NCBI GenBank assembly: GCA_019428825.1
Contig: JAHYJU010000003.1
Coordinates: 1 to 37,606 of the forward strand
Length of the DNA stretch: 37,606 nt
Reading direction: 5' to 3'
Source of the DNA: Patescibacteria group bacterium
GTDB lineage: Bacteria > Patescibacteriota > WWE3 > UBA101185 > UBA10185
How positions within the stretch are numbered: the stretch's first letter is position 1; the number at the start of each line of letters is the position of its first letter. The position numbers and the translations under genes were made by a program. The notes under the pieces are model-generated. The model did not search any database, was not told the DNA's origin, and was given only the letters and a program-made list of their open reading frames with translations. Below are positions 35,816 to 37,606 of this stretch, piece by piece.

Positions 35816-37297
35816 TTAATAATTTATAGAATATTCCAATTTGTTGAGACGATCCTCCATATTTAAGTACCCCATATCGATAGTATCTCTTCCCTTTGCA
35901 AACTCTATGTATTTTTTATTACCCATAGAATAGTCTTCGTGCATATGTATTCTCTCTTCTTTATTTCCGGGATTAATGGTGTACCATTTTTTCTCATCGT
36001 ATATATAAACATTTACAAAATAATGTCCAGAAACCGGAATTTTTTCATCGTTTTTCCAATTTGGGTTATCTTTTAACCAGTCTTCTTCTATTGTATCTAC
36101 TATTAAGGAGGGAACACCTTTTGCAAGTAATAAAGCTCTCGTAATATAGGAAATTTGAGTACATCCATTGATGTTTCTAACCCTTGTGTGGCCAGATATT
36201 AGATTATTTTCATCTAGAAGTTCGTCTGCACTTGTATCCCATTTATCTATTTTTGGAATTGGCCTATTTTCTCTCGCTTTATCTAGAATTTCTATAGAGG
36301 GCATCATAGATCTAATGTATCTACATACTTCTTCAACTAATTCTAACCCTGATAGTTTGTTTTTAGGGTCAATTTCTTTTGATATTTTTAATACGTTCTC
36401 TGTAATTTTTGTTCTTGGTCCTTCATCCTTAGCCCTACTAATTTGTTTGATGTAGTCTATAGAATACTGAATAATATCTTCTTTATCGTAGTAAATGTCC
36501 GGTTTTATTTTTGTTTCTTCAATCGGTCTTGTTTCTCCGGCTAAAACAAATCTCCACGTTGGAATTTTAACGATATAGGTTTCTCCGTCAATAACAACTT
36601 CGCTTTCTATGGGATTAGCACTACCTCCTTTTGTTTTTGTTCCAATCAAAACGCAGTTCGTTCCTGCTTTCATAGTTGCAATAAATCTTTCGGCTGAGCT
36701 AAATGTATTAGTTGATGTTAGGATAACAATAGGCTTGTAATAAGGATTTTCACTATTTGACTCTGTGGGTAAAGATACCCGTTGCAAACCTGTGTCCTCC
36801 GGTCCAAGAAAGATGTTTGTTCCCATATCATTGCTTTCAGGATTAATAAAATATTTCTGAGCAAAATTTCTTGCGGGCGCTTCTTGCCCACCCCCATTAT
36901 CACGAAGATCTATAATTATTCCGTCTGTAGAGTCCTTGTAAGGTAAAAATTGATCTTCTAGATCTGTTAACTTAATTCCTGATAGTGTAGGAATTTTGAT
37001 ATATAAGATATTATCGATAACTTCACTACTTGGCGCTCTTTCAGGATCTAAAGATCGTTTTTGTGTTTCATAATTTGAACTCTTTTTCCTTATACTTGCA
37101 TGGGGGTTGTTTAACAGCTCTATTAGTTCATTGATTTCTTCTAGTGCCCCCTCTTTTTCTATTTTAGTAGCCTTTTCCATGTATTTTTTATATTCCTCGT
37201 CATTTAGAAAGGGGTAGGTGGTTGCTATCTGCGTAAGTATTTGTGAGGGGTAGTCTTTTTCTTCTCTTTCAATTTCATATATGCGTTCAACACTCAT
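35816..37297 (-). CDS. S41 family peptidase fused to a transglutaminase-like domain
   Basis: IIDLRDNGGG, TFSSAERF, IGTKTKG and IKPD; then GCTQ...RALLLAKGVPS...GHYFVNVY...WYTINP. Confidence 0.75.
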   Translation of the reverse strand: MSVERIYEIEREEKDYPSQILTQIATTYPFLNDEEYKKYMEKATKIEKEGALEEINELIELLNNPHASIRKKSSNYETQKRSLDPERAPSSEVIDNILYIKIPTLSGIKLTDLEDQFLPYKDSTDGIIIDLRDNGGGQEAPARNFAQKYFINPESNDMGTNIFLGPEDTGLQRVSLPTESNSENPYYKPIVILTSTNTFSSAERFIATMKAGTNCVLIGTKTKGGSANPIESEVVIDGETYIVKIPTWRFVLAGETRPIEETKIKPDIYYDKEDIIQYSIDYIKQISRAKDEGPRTKITENVLKISKEIDPKNKLSGLELVEEVCRYIRSMMPSIEILDKARENRPIPKIDKWDTSADELLDENNLISGHTRVRNINGCTQISYITRALLLAKGVPSLIVDTIEEDWLKDNPNWKNDEKIPVSGHYFVNVYIYDEKKWYTINPGNKEERIHMHEDYSMGNKKYIEFAKGRDTIDMGYLNMEDRLNKLEYSINY

Positions 37298-37374
37298 ACT
37301 ATAATTTTAGCATAAAAAATTGTTTACCCCTCCGTTTATACTTATGAAATAGATTGATATAACAACAAAAAAAC

Positions 37375-37405
37375 GTGGTGGGCCATTTGTGAGGATGTGC
37401 GAACC
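37375..37405 (+). repeat. 31-bp att-like direct repeat, copy 2
   Basis: GTGGTGGGCCATTTGTGAGGATGTGCGAACC. Confidence 0.85.
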
Positions 37406-37426
37406 GCATAATGATATAATTGCTAC

Positions 37427-37606
37427 ATGAACGATGAATCTTTTACTAAGAAGATAATTAGTGATGAAAAACCACAATCAATCGAAAAATCTGTGTCAGA
37501 TGAAATAAAAGCCCATGCATATAATATAGTTGAGAGGTTTGCAGAAGATAATAAAACCCCAGTTATTACAGATAAGTTACCAACTGAAATTGCCCCGTCG
37601 GGAGAT
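37427..37606 (+). CDS. 5' part of a hypothetical protein, truncated by the window end (MNDESFTKKIISDEKPQ...)
   Basis: ATG 6 nt after TGATATAAT; frame stays open for 60 codons to the edge. Confidence 0.6.
   Translation, partial: MNDESFTKKIISDEKPQSIEKSVSDEIKAHAYNIVERFAEDNKTPVITDKLPTEIAPSGD

Noticed and set aside
942-36903. Numerous short ORFs in the track that overlap larger genes (e.g. 12223..12744, 21557..21967, 34483..34866)
   Set aside because: Antisense or out-of-frame shadows of well-supported genes, without motifs or initiation signals.
31815-37405. Classical integron attC sites or CRISPR repeats for the 31-bp motif
   Set aside because: No RYYYAAC...GTTRRRY hairpin architecture, no intI, and spacing of 0.7-3 kb. 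The 31815 copy alone (about 19/31) could be chance.

Overview
AT-rich bacterial chromosomal window that looks like a Patescibacteria/CPR genome (inferred from the PPIase-less trigger factor, short PheT and ThrS, many near-leaderless genes and CPR-type small membrane proteins; standard code, TGA is used as stop). About 1-27.5 kb is mostly housekeeping: tyrS, class A PBP, pheS-pheT, M16 peptidase, ABC exporter, thrS-infC-rpmI-rplT, ppdK, tRNA-Val(GAC), tig-clpP, iscS-iscU-mnmA and murA, with orphan ORFs and GC-rich palindromic repeat clusters in between. From about 27.6 kb the region is accessory: an LPXTG protein, a PD-(D/E)XK-like ORF, an ECF sigma operon, a Doc-type TA pair, a small membrane stress-protein cluster with an RHH regulator, a second M16 peptidase and an S41/transglutaminase-like fusion. 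The most notable unannotated signals are (i) a Thr-rich 21-codon leader ORF with its own promoter upstream of thrS, (ii) a 31-bp att-like repeat that begins with a reverse-complemented tRNA 3' end, varies like coding sequence and divides the accessory region into modules, (iii) a family of covarying intergenic palindromes, and (iv) a promoter/terminator-bounded structured-RNA candidate at about 15.04-15.33 kb. All calls come from reading the sequence; no searches were run.
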